A DNA stretch of 41,592 nt from a virus (IMGVR_UViG_3300009566_000045:1-41592); one strand, 5' to 3'; numbered from the stretch's first letter, positions 7,375 to 17,686 are shown. Notes: a model not told the origin generated them from the sequence alone. Numbers and translations are program-made.

Positions 7375-9624
7375 ATGATGGAACAGGCTTACACGGCGAA
7401 ACAGGTCGCAGAGATTGTCGGCGCATCACGGGTTACCATAATGCGCCGGGCCAAGAAGGAGAACTGGTCCTTTGTTATTAAGAGTGGCAAGGGAGGCCCT
7501 CAGAATGAGTACCCCCTACCCAACCTTCCCGCAGACATCCAGGAAGCTATCATTAATAAGGATGGAGCCCGGCCGGATATGCTTCCCGTCCTGGCGCCCA
7601 CGGCGGCGGCCAGGGCCGTTGAAGTACTCCGGCAGGAAGGAAACCCTGCCACGGCGCCGATGGAGCTCCCTACCCTGACCCAGGCCCTGACGGAACGGCC
7701 CCCCTCCTGGACCCCCGAGACGGCCATCAGCGAGCAGGATCTGCAGAACGAGCGGGTCCGGAACATCCTCGCCATCCTCCGGGAGGCGGAAACAGTCCCC
7801 CGGATCTGGACGAAGGGCAAGCGGAAGTGGATCGAGGCCGTTGCATTCAAGCACGGCGTCACCTGGCAGGCCGTCTACCGCTGGATGAAGAAGTACGACC
7901 AGCGGGGCATCGCCGGCATCTGCCACCGAAAATCATCAAAGAATCAGCCCCGGAAGTGGACCCCCGAGGCGGTGGACTTCTGGATCTCCCTCTGCGCGAA
8001 GCGGGAGCACCGGGCCATGAAACGCCGGGATCTGTACGATCTCCTGGTGGTCGAGTCGGCCCGGCGGGGCTGGCGGATCGGCGGGTACGAGTCGGCCAAC
8101 TGGTGGTTCGAGAAGCGATGGAACCCTCTCATGGAGGCTATGCAGAAGGGCGGCCTCCGGGCCCTGGACAACGTTTTGCCCCCGGTCCTCCGGGATTATT
8201 CCGACCTGGCCCCCTTTGAGATTATCGTCGGCGACCAGCACCGGTTCAACCGCTGGGTGGTGGACGAGGAGACCGGCGACGTCTACCGGCCCGAAGGTTA
8301 CGTCTGGCAAGATCTCCGCACCCGAATCATCTATGGCGCCGCGGTCGACCGCCGGTACGATGCCTGGCTGATCGGCCTGGCCCTCCGGATCGGCGTCGCC
8401 TGCTACGGCGCCTTCACCAGCGTCTACACCGACAACGGCAAGCCCGAGTGCTCGAAGTTCCTGACAGGGATCCTGGCGAACCTGCGGTCCCTGGGAATGG
8501 AATGGGAGCGCACCTCCGAGGTCATGATGGACGTCCTAGACCTGGACGGGGAGGACATCGCCCCCAACATCATCCTCCCGGGGACCCACAGGAAGGCCGT
8601 CGTCAAGAACGCCAAGGCCAAGATGATCGAGAAAACCTTCGACAACATTGAAACGATCATGGCCAGCCGCCTGGCCCTGCCCGGCCACACGAAACGCCTC
8701 TCAGACGACATCCACGCTCAGGACATCGATCAGCAGGAAGCCCAAGCCCTGGCCAAGTCCGGCAAACTCCTGACGGCCCGGGAATTCGCCTTGGCACTGT
8801 ACCGGGCCTGCGACTACTACAACCGGACCAAAACCCACCGGGGCGTCCTCCGGGAATGGTCCTGGAAGCCCCGGCCCGCCAAGGCCACCCCTTACGACTG
8901 CCTGAAGGCCTGCTACGAGGAGGGCTGGCGCCCCCGGATGATCTCCGCCGAGGCGGCGGACCTGATCTTCCTGGCCCGGGGCAGCCGGACCATCCATATG
9001 GGCCGGATCTCCTTCGACAACGATCTGTATGAGCACGACGCCCTCCTGGAGCTGCACAAGGAGAAGATCGACATTCGCTACAACCCCATGACGATGGACG
9101 AGCTCCACGTCTTCCGGGGCGGCCGCTACCTCTGCACGGCCAATCCGGTGGAGCGCTCCAGCATGAAGGACATGGACCTGGCGGCACGGAAGATCGCCGA
9201 GAAGCGGGAACGGCGGAAACGCTTCGCCGAGGAGTTCAAACGGATCTCCAGCCTGGCGCCCGACTTCCGGGAATACTCCCAGGTGCCGGAGGCGGAACGG
9301 GCGGCGGCCCTCATCGGGGAAGAACGGAAACGTCGGGCCATCGAGCAGAAGGAGTTCCACCGGCCCCTCACCCAGGAGGAACTGGACCAGGCGGTCGAAC
9401 GGATGGAGCAGGGGATCCCCTTGCCGGCCCGGTCATCGAAACCTCTGCCGAAGCGTCCTTCCTACTTCCTGGACGACTTCAGCCGGTTCGAATGGATCAT
9501 GAACTTCCTCCAGGCGGGGGGAACCCTGGCGGAGGAGGACGAGGCCTTCCGGAACCGCTACATGGCGGGCCTCTCGGAAGGGCAGCGGGACTATTGGTAT
9601 TCTTACGTATCTTATGGAGGCTGA
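7375..9624 (+). CDS. MuA-like DDE transposase
   Basis: N-terminal Mu DNA-binding domain (GKGG...Y...LPADIQ); catalytic D (VGDQH), D (TDNGK) and E (AKAKMIEKTF); Mu transposase C-terminal domain (IRYNP). Confidence 0.95.
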   Translation: MMEQAYTAKQVAEIVGASRVTIMRRAKKENWSFVIKSGKGGPQNEYPLPNLPADIQEAIINKDGARPDMLPVLAPTAAARAVEVLRQEGNPATAPMELPTLTQALTERPPSWTPETAISEQDLQNERVRNILAILREAETVPRIWTKGKRKWIEAVAFKHGVTWQAVYRWMKKYDQRGIAGICHRKSSKNQPRKWTPEAVDFWISLCAKREHRAMKRRDLYDLLVVESARRGWRIGGYESANWWFEKRWNPLMEAMQKGGLRALDNVLPPVLRDYSDLAPFEIIVGDQHRFNRWVVDEETGDVYRPEGYVWQDLRTRIIYGAAVDRRYDAWLIGLALRIGVACYGAFTSVYTDNGKPECSKFLTGILANLRSLGMEWERTSEVMMDVLDLDGEDIAPNIILPGTHRKAVVKNAKAKMIEKTFDNIETIMASRLALPGHTKRLSDDIHAQDIDQQEAQALAKSGKLLTAREFALALYRACDYYNRTKTHRGVLREWSWKPRPAKATPYDCLKACYEEGWRPRMISAEAADLIFLARGSRTIHMGRISFDNDLYEHDALLELHKEKIDIRYNPMTMDELHVFRGGRYLCTANPVERSSMKDMDLAARKIAEKRERRKRFAEEFKRISSLAPDFREYSQVPEAERAAALIGEERKRRAIEQKEFHRPLTQEELDQAVERMEQGIPLPARSSKPLPKRPSYFLDDFSRFEWIMNFLQAGGTLAEEDEAFRNRYMAGLSEGQRDYWYSYVSYGG

Positions 9625-10314
9625 ATGAAGAACGAATTTATCGACACGGCGAATGTCAACAAGTTCCGGTCCCTCTGCCAGGAAATGGAGGACCCCTCCT
9701 CCCTGGCTGGTCCCTCCCTGGCGATGGTTACCGGCCCGGCGGGGCGAGGCAAGACAGAGGCGGCCAAGCACTACGCCGTCCATTCTAGTGCGGTCTACAT
9801 CCCGCCATTGAACACACGGACCCCGTCGATGGTCCTCCGGGAGATTGCCTTCGAGCTTGGAAAAGTCCGGCCGATGCGTTCCGAGTCTTGCCTGGCCGTC
9901 ATCGGCGAGGAGATGGCCAAGGAACGCCGCCTGATCTTCATCGACGAGGCGGATCTCCTGCCCATGTCCATCCTGGAGATGCTCCGGAACCTGAACGAGC
10001 GGTACGCCTGTCCTCTGGTCCTGATTGGCGAGGACGAGCTGAAGGGCAAGATCGAGTCCCGCCGGCGCCTGGCCAGCCGGATCCGCCGACGCATGGAATT
10101 CGTCCCGGTGACCCAGCAGGACGTGGCCTTCTTCTTCAAACGCTGCCTGGAGCTGAAACTGACGCCCGACGTGGTGGCCCTGATCCACAAGCACGGCCGG
10201 GGCGACTGGCGGCCGGTCCTGACGGCAGCCATCGGCGTCGAGCGGGCGCTGAAGGCCTCGGGCCTCGACGAATGCACCCTGGAGTTGGCGAAAGATGTCC
10301 TCCGAAATGCCTAA
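9625..10314 (+). CDS. MuB-like AAA+ ATPase
   Basis: Walker A GPAGRGKT, Walker B IFIDEAD; directly after A. Confidence 0.93.
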   Translation: MKNEFIDTANVNKFRSLCQEMEDPSSLAGPSLAMVTGPAGRGKTEAAKHYAVHSSAVYIPPLNTRTPSMVLREIAFELGKVRPMRSESCLAVIGEEMAKERRLIFIDEADLLPMSILEMLRNLNERYACPLVLIGEDELKGKIESRRRLASRIRRRMEFVPVTQQDVAFFFKRCLELKLTPDVVALIHKHGRGDWRPVLTAAIGVERALKASGLDECTLELAKDVLRNA

Positions 10315-10798
10315 AACTGGCCTGGCCGGCCGCATGCGGGAGTGGATGCGGAATCGTCAAGGGATCTTCACAAAGCGAGATCTCTGCGACAGCTTGGGGA
10401 TTCCCCGGGGAAAGGATCGCGACCAAGTGCAAAAGGCTCTCCGGGACTTCGCCCGCCGCGGGGAGATCGCCCTTGTTCAGGACAAACGAATTCGGCGACA
10501 AACCGTCAGTCGGTACCGGTATGTGACGGGGATTCTTCTGAAGGTGAAGCCGGGAGAGAACCGGGACAAGATTCTCAAGGCCATGCGGATGATCAGCTTC
10601 CAGGAGCCCTTTGCTGTCTCGGACATTGAGCGGATGACGGGTTCTGATCGAAGCCACATCGACAAGATCACGCGCCGCCTCCTCCGAGAAGGGCACCTCA
10701 GGAAGGAAGGTTTCAGGGCCAGGGCAAAGAGCTATGGTCGGGAGGCACTCTACCGGGTCGTGGACACGAACCGCTTCCGTCTGGAGGTTATGGAATGA
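10307..10798 (+). CDS. Hypothetical basic protein, probably two winged-helix domains
   Basis: FTKRDLCDSLG... and FAVSDIERMTG...LLREGHL patterns; overlaps the MuB stop. Confidence 0.65.
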   Translation: MPKTGLAGRMREWMRNRQGIFTKRDLCDSLGIPRGKDRDQVQKALRDFARRGEIALVQDKRIRRQTVSRYRYVTGILLKVKPGENRDKILKAMRMISFQEPFAVSDIERMTGSDRSHIDKITRRLLREGHLRKEGFRARAKSYGREALYRVVDTNRFRLEVME

Positions 10799-11283
10799 AC
10801 ACCGCGACGATCCCCGGGACGACCTTTCCCTTCCCGGTCCACGAGCGGAAGGGGCCGCCACCCATCCGGCCGGGCGTCCAAGCGAAACAGCGCCGGGGGC
10901 TCCTGGCCAAGATCCACATCGCCAGGAAGGAGATGGGGCTCAACGAAGGCGAGTACGAGATGATTCTCGGGTCCTTCAAGGTTTCCACGGCAGCAGATCT
11001 CACGCTCTGGCAGCTGGAGGATCTGGTGAAGCTCCTGAAGCATTACGGCTGGAAGCCCATAAAGCCGCGCCGTCCCGTTGGCAGGGCGGAACATATTGAC
11101 GCACTGCGAAAACGCTGCCTGGAGCTGGCTGGGAAGATCCAGAACGGAGAGAAGCGCCTGTCGGGCCTTGTGGAGCGAATCTGCGGGACCAGCCAGCTTG
11201 CCTGGTGCCGGGATGCCGGAAAGTTGGAGCGGCTTCTGGCCGTCCTGGGGAAGATCAAGGAAACGGAATCGGCGACAACCTGA
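10795..11283 (+). CDS. Mu GemA/gp16 family protein
   Basis: LLAKIHIARKEMGL...Y..IL....STAADLT signature. Confidence 0.85.
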   Translation: MNTATIPGTTFPFPVHERKGPPPIRPGVQAKQRRGLLAKIHIARKEMGLNEGEYEMILGSFKVSTAADLTLWQLEDLVKLLKHYGWKPIKPRRPVGRAEHIDALRKRCLELAGKIQNGEKRLSGLVERICGTSQLAWCRDAGKLERLLAVLGKIKETESATT

Positions 11284-11303
11284 CCGGAAAGGGAGGGCAC
11301 ATT

Positions 11304-11702
11304 ATGACGGAAAACATCATTGACACGCCAGACAACCGGATGCGGCTCTTGGGGAAGTTGACGGAGCACATCGGCGCCCACAATGCCGTGGGGATGGCGG
11401 AGCTCTACGAGGCCGTTTTCGGCCGTCCCTGGAACCACAAGATCAACGACACCCGGGCGCTCCGGAAGCTGGTGACAATCATGCGGGAGGAGGGCGTGCC
11501 CATCTGCTCAGTCTCCACGATCACCGGCGGCGGCTACTACCTGGCCGCTGCGGGAAGCGAGCTGACGGACTACCTCAGGCGTGGGGAGCGGCGGGCCTTG
11601 TCCATCCTGAGCCGGAACGCCCGGATCAAGAAGATCTCTCTCCCCAACTACCTGGGGCAGATCAAGCTGGGCATGGAGGGTTCCCGTGAAGAAGCAGCCT
11701 GA
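11304..11702 (+). CDS. Winged-HTH phage protein
   Basis: GGGAGG RBS; R.LRKLV..MREEGVPICS....GGYYLA pattern. Confidence 0.7.
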   Translation: MTENIIDTPDNRMRLLGKLTEHIGAHNAVGMAELYEAVFGRPWNHKINDTRALRKLVTIMREEGVPICSVSTITGGGYYLAAAGSELTDYLRRGERRALSILSRNARIKKISLPNYLGQIKLGMEGSREEAA

Positions 11703-12153
11703 ACCGATTGGGAAGGTCTGCGCCGATGCCGAGGAACTGCTGCTGGCAATCGCCGTCTCTCAAACAGGCATCGACCTATTGACCGAGCAATTTAACGGCG
11801 AGGTCGAGCTCCTGAAGGCCCGTTTCGAGGGGATGATGGCTCCCATGAAGGCAGCCGTGGAACGGGAAGAGAAGGCCCTCCAGGGCCTCATGAAGGCCCA
11901 CAGGGCGGTCCTCTTCGACGGGACGGACGTCGTCCGCCTGGCCAATGGCACCCTGATCCGGACATCCGGCGACAAGGTGACGATCCCCAAGACCGCCCTG
12001 GCGAAGTGCGAGGAGCTGGGCTTTACCGAAGTGGTCAAGATCGCCAAGAGCCTGGACCGGGCAGTCGTCGAGAAATGGCCCGATGAGCGCCTCTTCCTGA
12101 TCGGAGCGAAACGAAAACCCGACGAGAAATTTGAGTACGAGCTGAGCAAATGA
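11686..12153 (+). CDS. Gam-like host-nuclease inhibitor
   Basis: Coiled-coil N-terminus; C-terminal K..KSLDR...W....L..IGA...E.FEYE; position in the early operon. Confidence 0.7.
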   Translation: MKKQPEPIGKVCADAEELLLAIAVSQTGIDLLTEQFNGEVELLKARFEGMMAPMKAAVEREEKALQGLMKAHRAVLFDGTDVVRLANGTLIRTSGDKVTIPKTALAKCEELGFTEVVKIAKSLDRAVVEKWPDERLFLIGAKRKPDEKFEYELSK

Positions 12154-12731
12154 ATTTCCGCTGCCCCCACTGCGCAAAGGAATGCGACTTCCTGGAACTC
12201 CGGCTGGAGGAGGATCTTCTCGCCATCATCAAGATGCAGACCGTCTTCGGGAAGCAGGCTCACCTGGTGTGGGCCTACACAGAGCTTTTCGGCATCCGGC
12301 CCATGCGGTCCCGGGCGAAGAAAATCCGCGTTCTCCAGGAGGAAATGAAAAACCTCTTCCAGGCTGAAGCTTTCTCCTACAACCGCCGAACCTACCGAAT
12401 CAGCACCTCGGGGATCGCCGAGGCCCTTAACGTTATCGTCCACCGCCATTTCGTCGATCCTTTGGAAAACCACAACTACCTGAAGAAGATCATGATCACG
12501 ATTGCCGAACGGGAAGCCCGGGAGGTTGGACGATCAACGGAACAGGGTTTGAAACGCCAGGAGAATATTCAGAGGGCGGGGGGTGGTCGGAAGGATGACG
12601 CCCCCGTTTCCAAAGAACGGGTAGACCTTCCGTTTATTGGTCGCGATATACCTCCGGCGAATCTGACACTGGAGCAGATCGAGGAAAACAAACGGCGCAT
12701 CAAAGGACTCCTTGCGTCCTTAGGTGGGTAG
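12150..12731 (+). CDS. Hypothetical phage protein
   Basis: ATGA-coupled; CPHC at the N-terminus; PLENHNYLKK motif. Confidence 0.7.
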   Translation: MNFRCPHCAKECDFLELRLEEDLLAIIKMQTVFGKQAHLVWAYTELFGIRPMRSRAKKIRVLQEEMKNLFQAEAFSYNRRTYRISTSGIAEALNVIVHRHFVDPLENHNYLKKIMITIAEREAREVGRSTEQGLKRQENIQRAGGGRKDDAPVSKERVDLPFIGRDIPPANLTLEQIEENKRRIKGLLASLGG

Positions 12732-12733
12732 AT

Positions 12734-12946
12734 ATGGAGGGTCGGTTGAAATTCCGCGCCCAAGGCTTAGATGAATTAATATCACCTACCGGCAAGCCAA
12801 CGAAGAATATAGACCCCCTCCCGGAAATCCGGTGCCCTCGCTGCCGGCGCTTGCTGATGAAAGGAGAGGTGAAGAGAGTGGAGATTAAGTGTCCAAAATG
12901 TGGCCGCTTCCTCCATCTCCTGACAACTCTCTCATACCTTGACTAA
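12734..12946 (+). CDS. Mu Com-like zinc-ribbon regulator
   Basis: EIRCPRCRRLLMKG....VEIKCPKCG matches the Com-family pattern. Confidence 0.8.
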   Translation: MEGRLKFRAQGLDELISPTGKPTKNIDPLPEIRCPRCRRLLMKGEVKRVEIKCPKCGRFLHLLTTLSYLD

Positions 12947-12982
12947 GCAAGATCAATTAGGAAGACTGCCTGGAATAATGTG

Positions 12983-13807
12983 CTAAATTGTACATTTTAC
13001 CAGACGCATCACGATGTTATAAGCAGGCTTATAGATCTCATTGTGTTGGCTGTTTGGAGTGATAGAGCCGTGAAATAGCGCATTGCGGAGGCAGTAGATT
13101 ACGTCGACTAACGCCCCAAATAACTTTACCGGATCATTGATAAATACAGTGTTGCCAATTTTCAGCGTGTTAGGATAGCCCGGTTGTGCCAGTACCGAGA
13201 CTATCTTGCGCGGTGCTACTGCGTCAAACATCGCTAGCAAGGTGGCTCGATGGTCTACTCTGAGTGTCTGGAAGCATGGTGCATCTTGGAGGTTCTGCTT
13301 ATCGTAAGCGGATAAAGTCAAGGCAAACGCAGCGGTCGTTTTGGTAGCACTTATTTCCAGTGTTACTTGTGGTTTTGCTGGGTGATCACGCCTGACCTGA
13401 AAGTTCCGGTTCCATTTGTTTCTCTGCTCTTCTTTATTGAGATTTGCACCTATGTCGACGGTTTCAAAAGATATCCGACCACGTCGGCCCTCTATCACAC
13501 AACTCTCCAGTAACCGGTGTATCTCTTCAATCTGTGAGCGAAACTGCTGAGCATCCGGGCTGCCATCCTGCCATCCAACTTGTGTGCCGGGAGCCTGAGG
13601 CAGGCCCTTGGAAAGCATTGGCAGAATGCGGTTATAGACCACATTGCTTCCTGCCTTGACCTTATCCATAAGTTCGCGGTCGGTCAGGTCTCCGAAAGTA
13701 TCTGTCATCCATGCGTTAAAGGGAATCCAAGCTTTGATGAATTGACTGAACCAGTCAATCTCGGCTACGTCGCGCCAACGTCTCAGGTTGTCTTGCAGTC
13801 CCGGCAT
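12983..13807 (-). CDS. HEPN-like protein (putative RNase effector)
   Basis: N-terminal FIKAWIPFNAW helix and C-terminal RNALFH (Rx4H) motif; starts 2 nt after the hsdS stop. Confidence 0.65.
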   Translation of the reverse strand: MPGLQDNLRRWRDVAEIDWFSQFIKAWIPFNAWMTDTFGDLTDRELMDKVKAGSNVVYNRILPMLSKGLPQAPGTQVGWQDGSPDAQQFRSQIEEIHRLLESCVIEGRRGRISFETVDIGANLNKEEQRNKWNRNFQVRRDHPAKPQVTLEISATKTTAAFALTLSAYDKQNLQDAPCFQTLRVDHRATLLAMFDAVAPRKIVSVLAQPGYPNTLKIGNTVFINDPVKLFGALVDVIYCLRNALFHGSITPNSQHNEIYKPAYNIVMRLVKCTI

Positions 13808-13809
13808 GG

Positions 13810-15258
13810 TTAAATGTCCTCCAGATACTTGAATGCGGCAGCTTCACTGTCTTCTATGGCGATCTCGACAGCTCGCTTGGCGCGGGCAATCAGATTAAAG
13901 GCTTGGCCTCTGGCCTGCTTTGCGACATCTAGTGCTATCTTGATTTGGCACTGCTGTTCCATTGAAATCAAAGGTATATTGAAACTGTTTAGATCGTTCT
14001 GCGATATGCTATAGAAAGCAACACCATGTGCCCATTGTTCAGCTTGATAATTGCCAGCCAGGCTATTGAAGAACATTGCAAGATACTCTGGGAGAAGCTT
14101 TGCTTCCCATTCGGGATTCCGGCGAATAAGCATAATTTCACTGCTGATAATTACATGTTCTTCTCCCGACCTAACAGGGGCTGCATTGCCGAAGCTGCCT
14201 TTCCGTGTGAAGAGTACATCCCCTTCTCTAAGCTTGATGTCTTTTTTTATATCATCAGGCCGGAGTAGAACGCGTGCCGCTGAATCGAGATTGATCCGAC
14301 ATTTTTTAATGTCACCTACGCGGATATAGGGTGTTCCCTCATCATAGAAATCCCGCACATCAAACCCGTTTTTGACTGGTAGAATAATTTCTGATAGCTT
14401 TACTAAATTAAGGCCAAAGTCTTTCATGGCTTGCAACAACGCGTCATATTTAGGATTAAAATGTTCTGCATCTAGACGTCCTGCTGCGATTACTTCTTTG
14501 ATGCCGCGTTGATAGGTCAAATGTTCAGGTTGTACCCAGTTAGTGAGGCCCACTTTGCTTAGGAGGATAAGTTCTGCGTTAGAGAAACTTCGTCGACTCT
14601 CGACAAGAGCCAAATGGGCATTACGGACAGCTGACTCGACGCGCGATTGAAAATGCAAACCAAAATCAGGCACTTTTAATTGTCTCAAATCTGACAGGTT
14701 CAGTCCAAGTTGAACTGTTCCCCGAGCATTACGCAAAAGAAGTCTCTGCCCAATTGATGAGTTCAAGTAAGCAACGAGAAACCATGGATTTTGCTTGGGA
14801 TGGCGGATTACAGTGCTCTTACAGCTAAAAATTGACGGCACATTCTCTTCTAAAATAATACATGAATTTCCAAGAGTGCCGACAACCGATACCAGCACAT
14901 CATTTGCTTTCAAAGCATGTGCTAACAACCGATCATAATCACGTTTAGGAATATATACATTGTCTGAATCTTCCAAAAACACGTTCTTTACGTCTTTGCC
15001 TCTTATGTATCGATAGCCAGATTCCTCTTCATAGTTCTCTACAATAAACTCTGAACCAAAGGGGCCAGCGACAAATTGGCAGGATTCTCCAAGGGCTGAG
15101 TGTGGCATCGAGCCAAGCTTTGCTTCCAAGGCAATGAGGTGAGGGTGGAAGAACTCCGCATCGCATCGCTCAGCAGCCAACACTTTTGATAGGGCAACTT
15201 CTGATACATTCAGCCCCTCCAACAGACGCTTATAACGCGCGTCATTGAAGGGGCTCAT
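13810..15258 (-). CDS. Restriction-modification specificity subunit (HsdS-like, two TRDs)
   Basis: Two repeats starting R.DAE.F.P, each with GD(V/I)L...GS/T.G and (P)..L..(Y/F)LNS..G..Q motifs. Confidence 0.9.
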   Translation of the reverse strand: MSPFNDARYKRLLEGLNVSEVALSKVLAAERCDAEFFHPHLIALEAKLGSMPHSALGESCQFVAGPFGSEFIVENYEEESGYRYIRGKDVKNVFLEDSDNVYIPKRDYDRLLAHALKANDVLVSVVGTLGNSCIILEENVPSIFSCKSTVIRHPKQNPWFLVAYLNSSIGQRLLLRNARGTVQLGLNLSDLRQLKVPDFGLHFQSRVESAVRNAHLALVESRRSFSNAELILLSKVGLTNWVQPEHLTYQRGIKEVIAAGRLDAEHFNPKYDALLQAMKDFGLNLVKLSEIILPVKNGFDVRDFYDEGTPYIRVGDIKKCRINLDSAARVLLRPDDIKKDIKLREGDVLFTRKGSFGNAAPVRSGEEHVIISSEIMLIRRNPEWEAKLLPEYLAMFFNSLAGNYQAEQWAHGVAFYSISQNDLNSFNIPLISMEQQCQIKIALDVAKQARGQAFNLIARAKRAVEIAIEDSEAAAFKYLEDI

Positions 15259-17495
15259 AGAAAAAAACTTAATCCCTCCTTCTTTGCGAATTCACTGAAA
15301 GCCTCGGCGATACCATCCTGGGTAAGGCCCTCGTGGTTGAATAGGTCGTGCTGAACCACCCAGTGACCGTGGCTATCACGAAGATGCTTGCGGTAGCGCT
15401 CTGCATGGAACAACCATTCAACTTGGTGACTATTCTTCCCGCGTAACTGCTGTGGCTTGAGACCATTGACGACATATTGATCACCTTTAAAAATACCTTG
15501 TTTGCCATTCGGAAATATCACTCTATATACTGACGCATTTTCGGGCTCGCCGTATTGAGCAAAGAATTCATCGTAAGGAAGCTCCTGCCATCCGTGGTCG
15601 TTACTCGATGGGCGCCAATCGACGAATCGTACCATCTCTTTGGTGGCGATCTTTTTTTCTCCGCTACTATCTTTTGCCGGTAGCTTTTGTGTGGCAAAGA
15701 ATATGTTGTAATCTTCAATCCGTGGACACAGCGGCCCGGCTGTTGGGCTATCATTCCATTTCTGTACGAATAACACGCTGGTTTTAGTGCCTGTATGGGG
15801 TTTAAAGGTGTTGCCATCCAATCCGACTACCGCGAGAATGCGACAGTGCCCCATGATGAAATCGCGCACCCGCTTGTCACTCGCATTGTTGAAACGCCCT
15901 TGTGGTAAAACAACGGCCATACGTCCACCAGGTTTTAGAAAATCTATGTTACGTTCTATGAACAACAGGTCACGTCCAACTTTGCTCTCGAACTTCCCAT
16001 TTTCTTTATGTGCTAATTCGTAAGGTGCAAGAAGATCCGTCTGCTTGATTTCGCCAGCAAAAGGCGGATTGGCCATCAGTACATCAAACATGAATTCACG
16101 ATAATCCTTCTTGGTCTTTATCAACTTTTTGAGTTTCTTCCAGCCCTCGAAGTATGTTTCCTGCCATTGATCATCCTTAATTGTTTCATCCCATTTCTTA
16201 TAGTCGAGAGTGTTGATATGAAGGACATTGGATTGTCCATCTCCGGCTATAAGATTCAAGCAGCGTGCTACGCGAACTGATTTTTCGTCGAAATCGATAG
16301 CAAAGATCTTTTCACGCACATAATCGTAACAGCGTGTTGGCTTCTTCTCCATTGTGAAGAGGTGAGAGGCTGGAATGCCCTCATCTTGCAGGATATCGTG
16401 CCATACTTTGAAGAAGGTGTGAACGGTAAAGCCCGCACTGCCAGCCGCGGTGTCGATGACGTATTCATTTTCTTGAGGATTCATCATCTTAACGCACATA
16501 TCGATGACCCAACGAGGTGTGAAATATTGACCTTTCTCACCTTTGGATGTTTTATTTATCAAATATTCAAAAGCATCGTCGATGACATCAAGGTTTGAAT
16601 TGAAGAGTTTAAATTGCTCTAGTGAACCGATACAGACTTGAAGGTGGTCGGGTGTTAGCTTAATTCGGTCATCATCAGGAAATACACCACTCCATTTCTT
16701 GCGAGCGTCGGCGAACATATCGTTAATACGCTCGCGCAACTCGGCGGCCGTGTTCGTGTTTCGAAAGCACAAGTGCTTATAACGACCCTGATAGACGGAA
16801 AGCTCGTCATAGAGTTTGGTAAAGATTAGCTTGAATACCTCCTCGAAGACATCGACGCCCGCGTTGGCAAGCACTTCATCTTCCATGTCTTGGATGAGTT
16901 GCTTCAAGCTACGGGCAGTGATACCTTCAGCTTCGCGGTTCTTCTCAAAGGCAATCAGAGTATCAATTGTCCAAGGTTGATCAACGATTTCCTCGATCGT
17001 TTGACTTGTAGCTGGTAGGTCAGGGATCTCGATGAAGTAATTAGGATTCTTACGATGCCAAACAACCACTTGATCGCCGTTGGACCAAAGCGCGAGTGGA
17101 GCACCGGTAGCATGGGTATAAGACTTCAGTTGATCCTTCCCGTCTTTCTGCTTGGTTTTCTTGACCTCGATTATCACATAAGGGACTGTGGGACGATCCT
17201 TGTCATATATAACAATGTCGGCTCGCTTAGAGGTGTCACGTCCGAAAGTGATGGGGTATTCGACGGCCAGGCGTGCAATTGGATACTTATAGTGATGGAT
17301 CAAGCGGTATATCCAGAATTGACGTATAATTTCCTCTCCTTTTGCCTGCACTTCCGTTTTGCGAACAAGGCATCGAATGTAAGGTTTGCCTTTACGCTCA
17401 AGAAGAAGTGATTCGATGTGATGGATTGCGGCATCGGAGAACAGTTCTGCGCCATGCTCGGTCACGCTGACATTAAAGACGTCAGAAAGTATCAT
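15255..17495 (-). CDS. Fused restriction endonuclease-N6-adenine methyltransferase (HsdR_N-type nuclease + HsdM-like; type IIB/IIG-like)
   Basis: RADIV...IIEVKK..QL.SY nuclease motif; GQYFTPR, DTAAGSAGF (motif I) and ANPPF (motif IV); no helicase subunit nearby. Confidence 0.92.
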   Translation of the reverse strand: MILSDVFNVSVTEHGAELFSDAAIHHIESLLLERKGKPYIRCLVRKTEVQAKGEEIIRQFWIYRLIHHYKYPIARLAVEYPITFGRDTSKRADIVIYDKDRPTVPYVIIEVKKTKQKDGKDQLKSYTHATGAPLALWSNGDQVVVWHRKNPNYFIEIPDLPATSQTIEEIVDQPWTIDTLIAFEKNREAEGITARSLKQLIQDMEDEVLANAGVDVFEEVFKLIFTKLYDELSVYQGRYKHLCFRNTNTAAELRERINDMFADARKKWSGVFPDDDRIKLTPDHLQVCIGSLEQFKLFNSNLDVIDDAFEYLINKTSKGEKGQYFTPRWVIDMCVKMMNPQENEYVIDTAAGSAGFTVHTFFKVWHDILQDEGIPASHLFTMEKKPTRCYDYVREKIFAIDFDEKSVRVARCLNLIAGDGQSNVLHINTLDYKKWDETIKDDQWQETYFEGWKKLKKLIKTKKDYREFMFDVLMANPPFAGEIKQTDLLAPYELAHKENGKFESKVGRDLLFIERNIDFLKPGGRMAVVLPQGRFNNASDKRVRDFIMGHCRILAVVGLDGNTFKPHTGTKTSVLFVQKWNDSPTAGPLCPRIEDYNIFFATQKLPAKDSSGEKKIATKEMVRFVDWRPSSNDHGWQELPYDEFFAQYGEPENASVYRVIFPNGKQGIFKGDQYVVNGLKPQQLRGKNSHQVEWLFHAERYRKHLRDSHGHWVVQHDLFNHEGLTQDGIAEAFSEFAKKEGLSFFL

Positions 17496-17658
17496 AATTT
17501 GTCTCCTATTTTTTAGACGAGCCTGGCTGGCTAAAGTCGCCTTCGATCAGCCCCTTGTGGGTTTCGACTTCGTGAGGCTACTTGCCACTCCAGCAACAGA
17601 AGTGATTGAGTCTCTCGATAGTTACAGAAATCTACACTATAATGGAGGTGAAAACCGC

Positions 17659-17686
17659 TTGACTTATGGCAAAAATGTCGTAGAAT
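17659..17686 (+). promoter_or_regulatory. Sigma70-type promoter for the late operon leader
   Basis: TTGACT-N16-TAGAAT. Confidence 0.55.

Noticed and set aside
15255-17495. Classical type I R-M system or a mom-equivalent modification gene
   Set aside because: There is no helicase HsdR, the nuclease is fused to the MTase, and the cassette is antisense to com.
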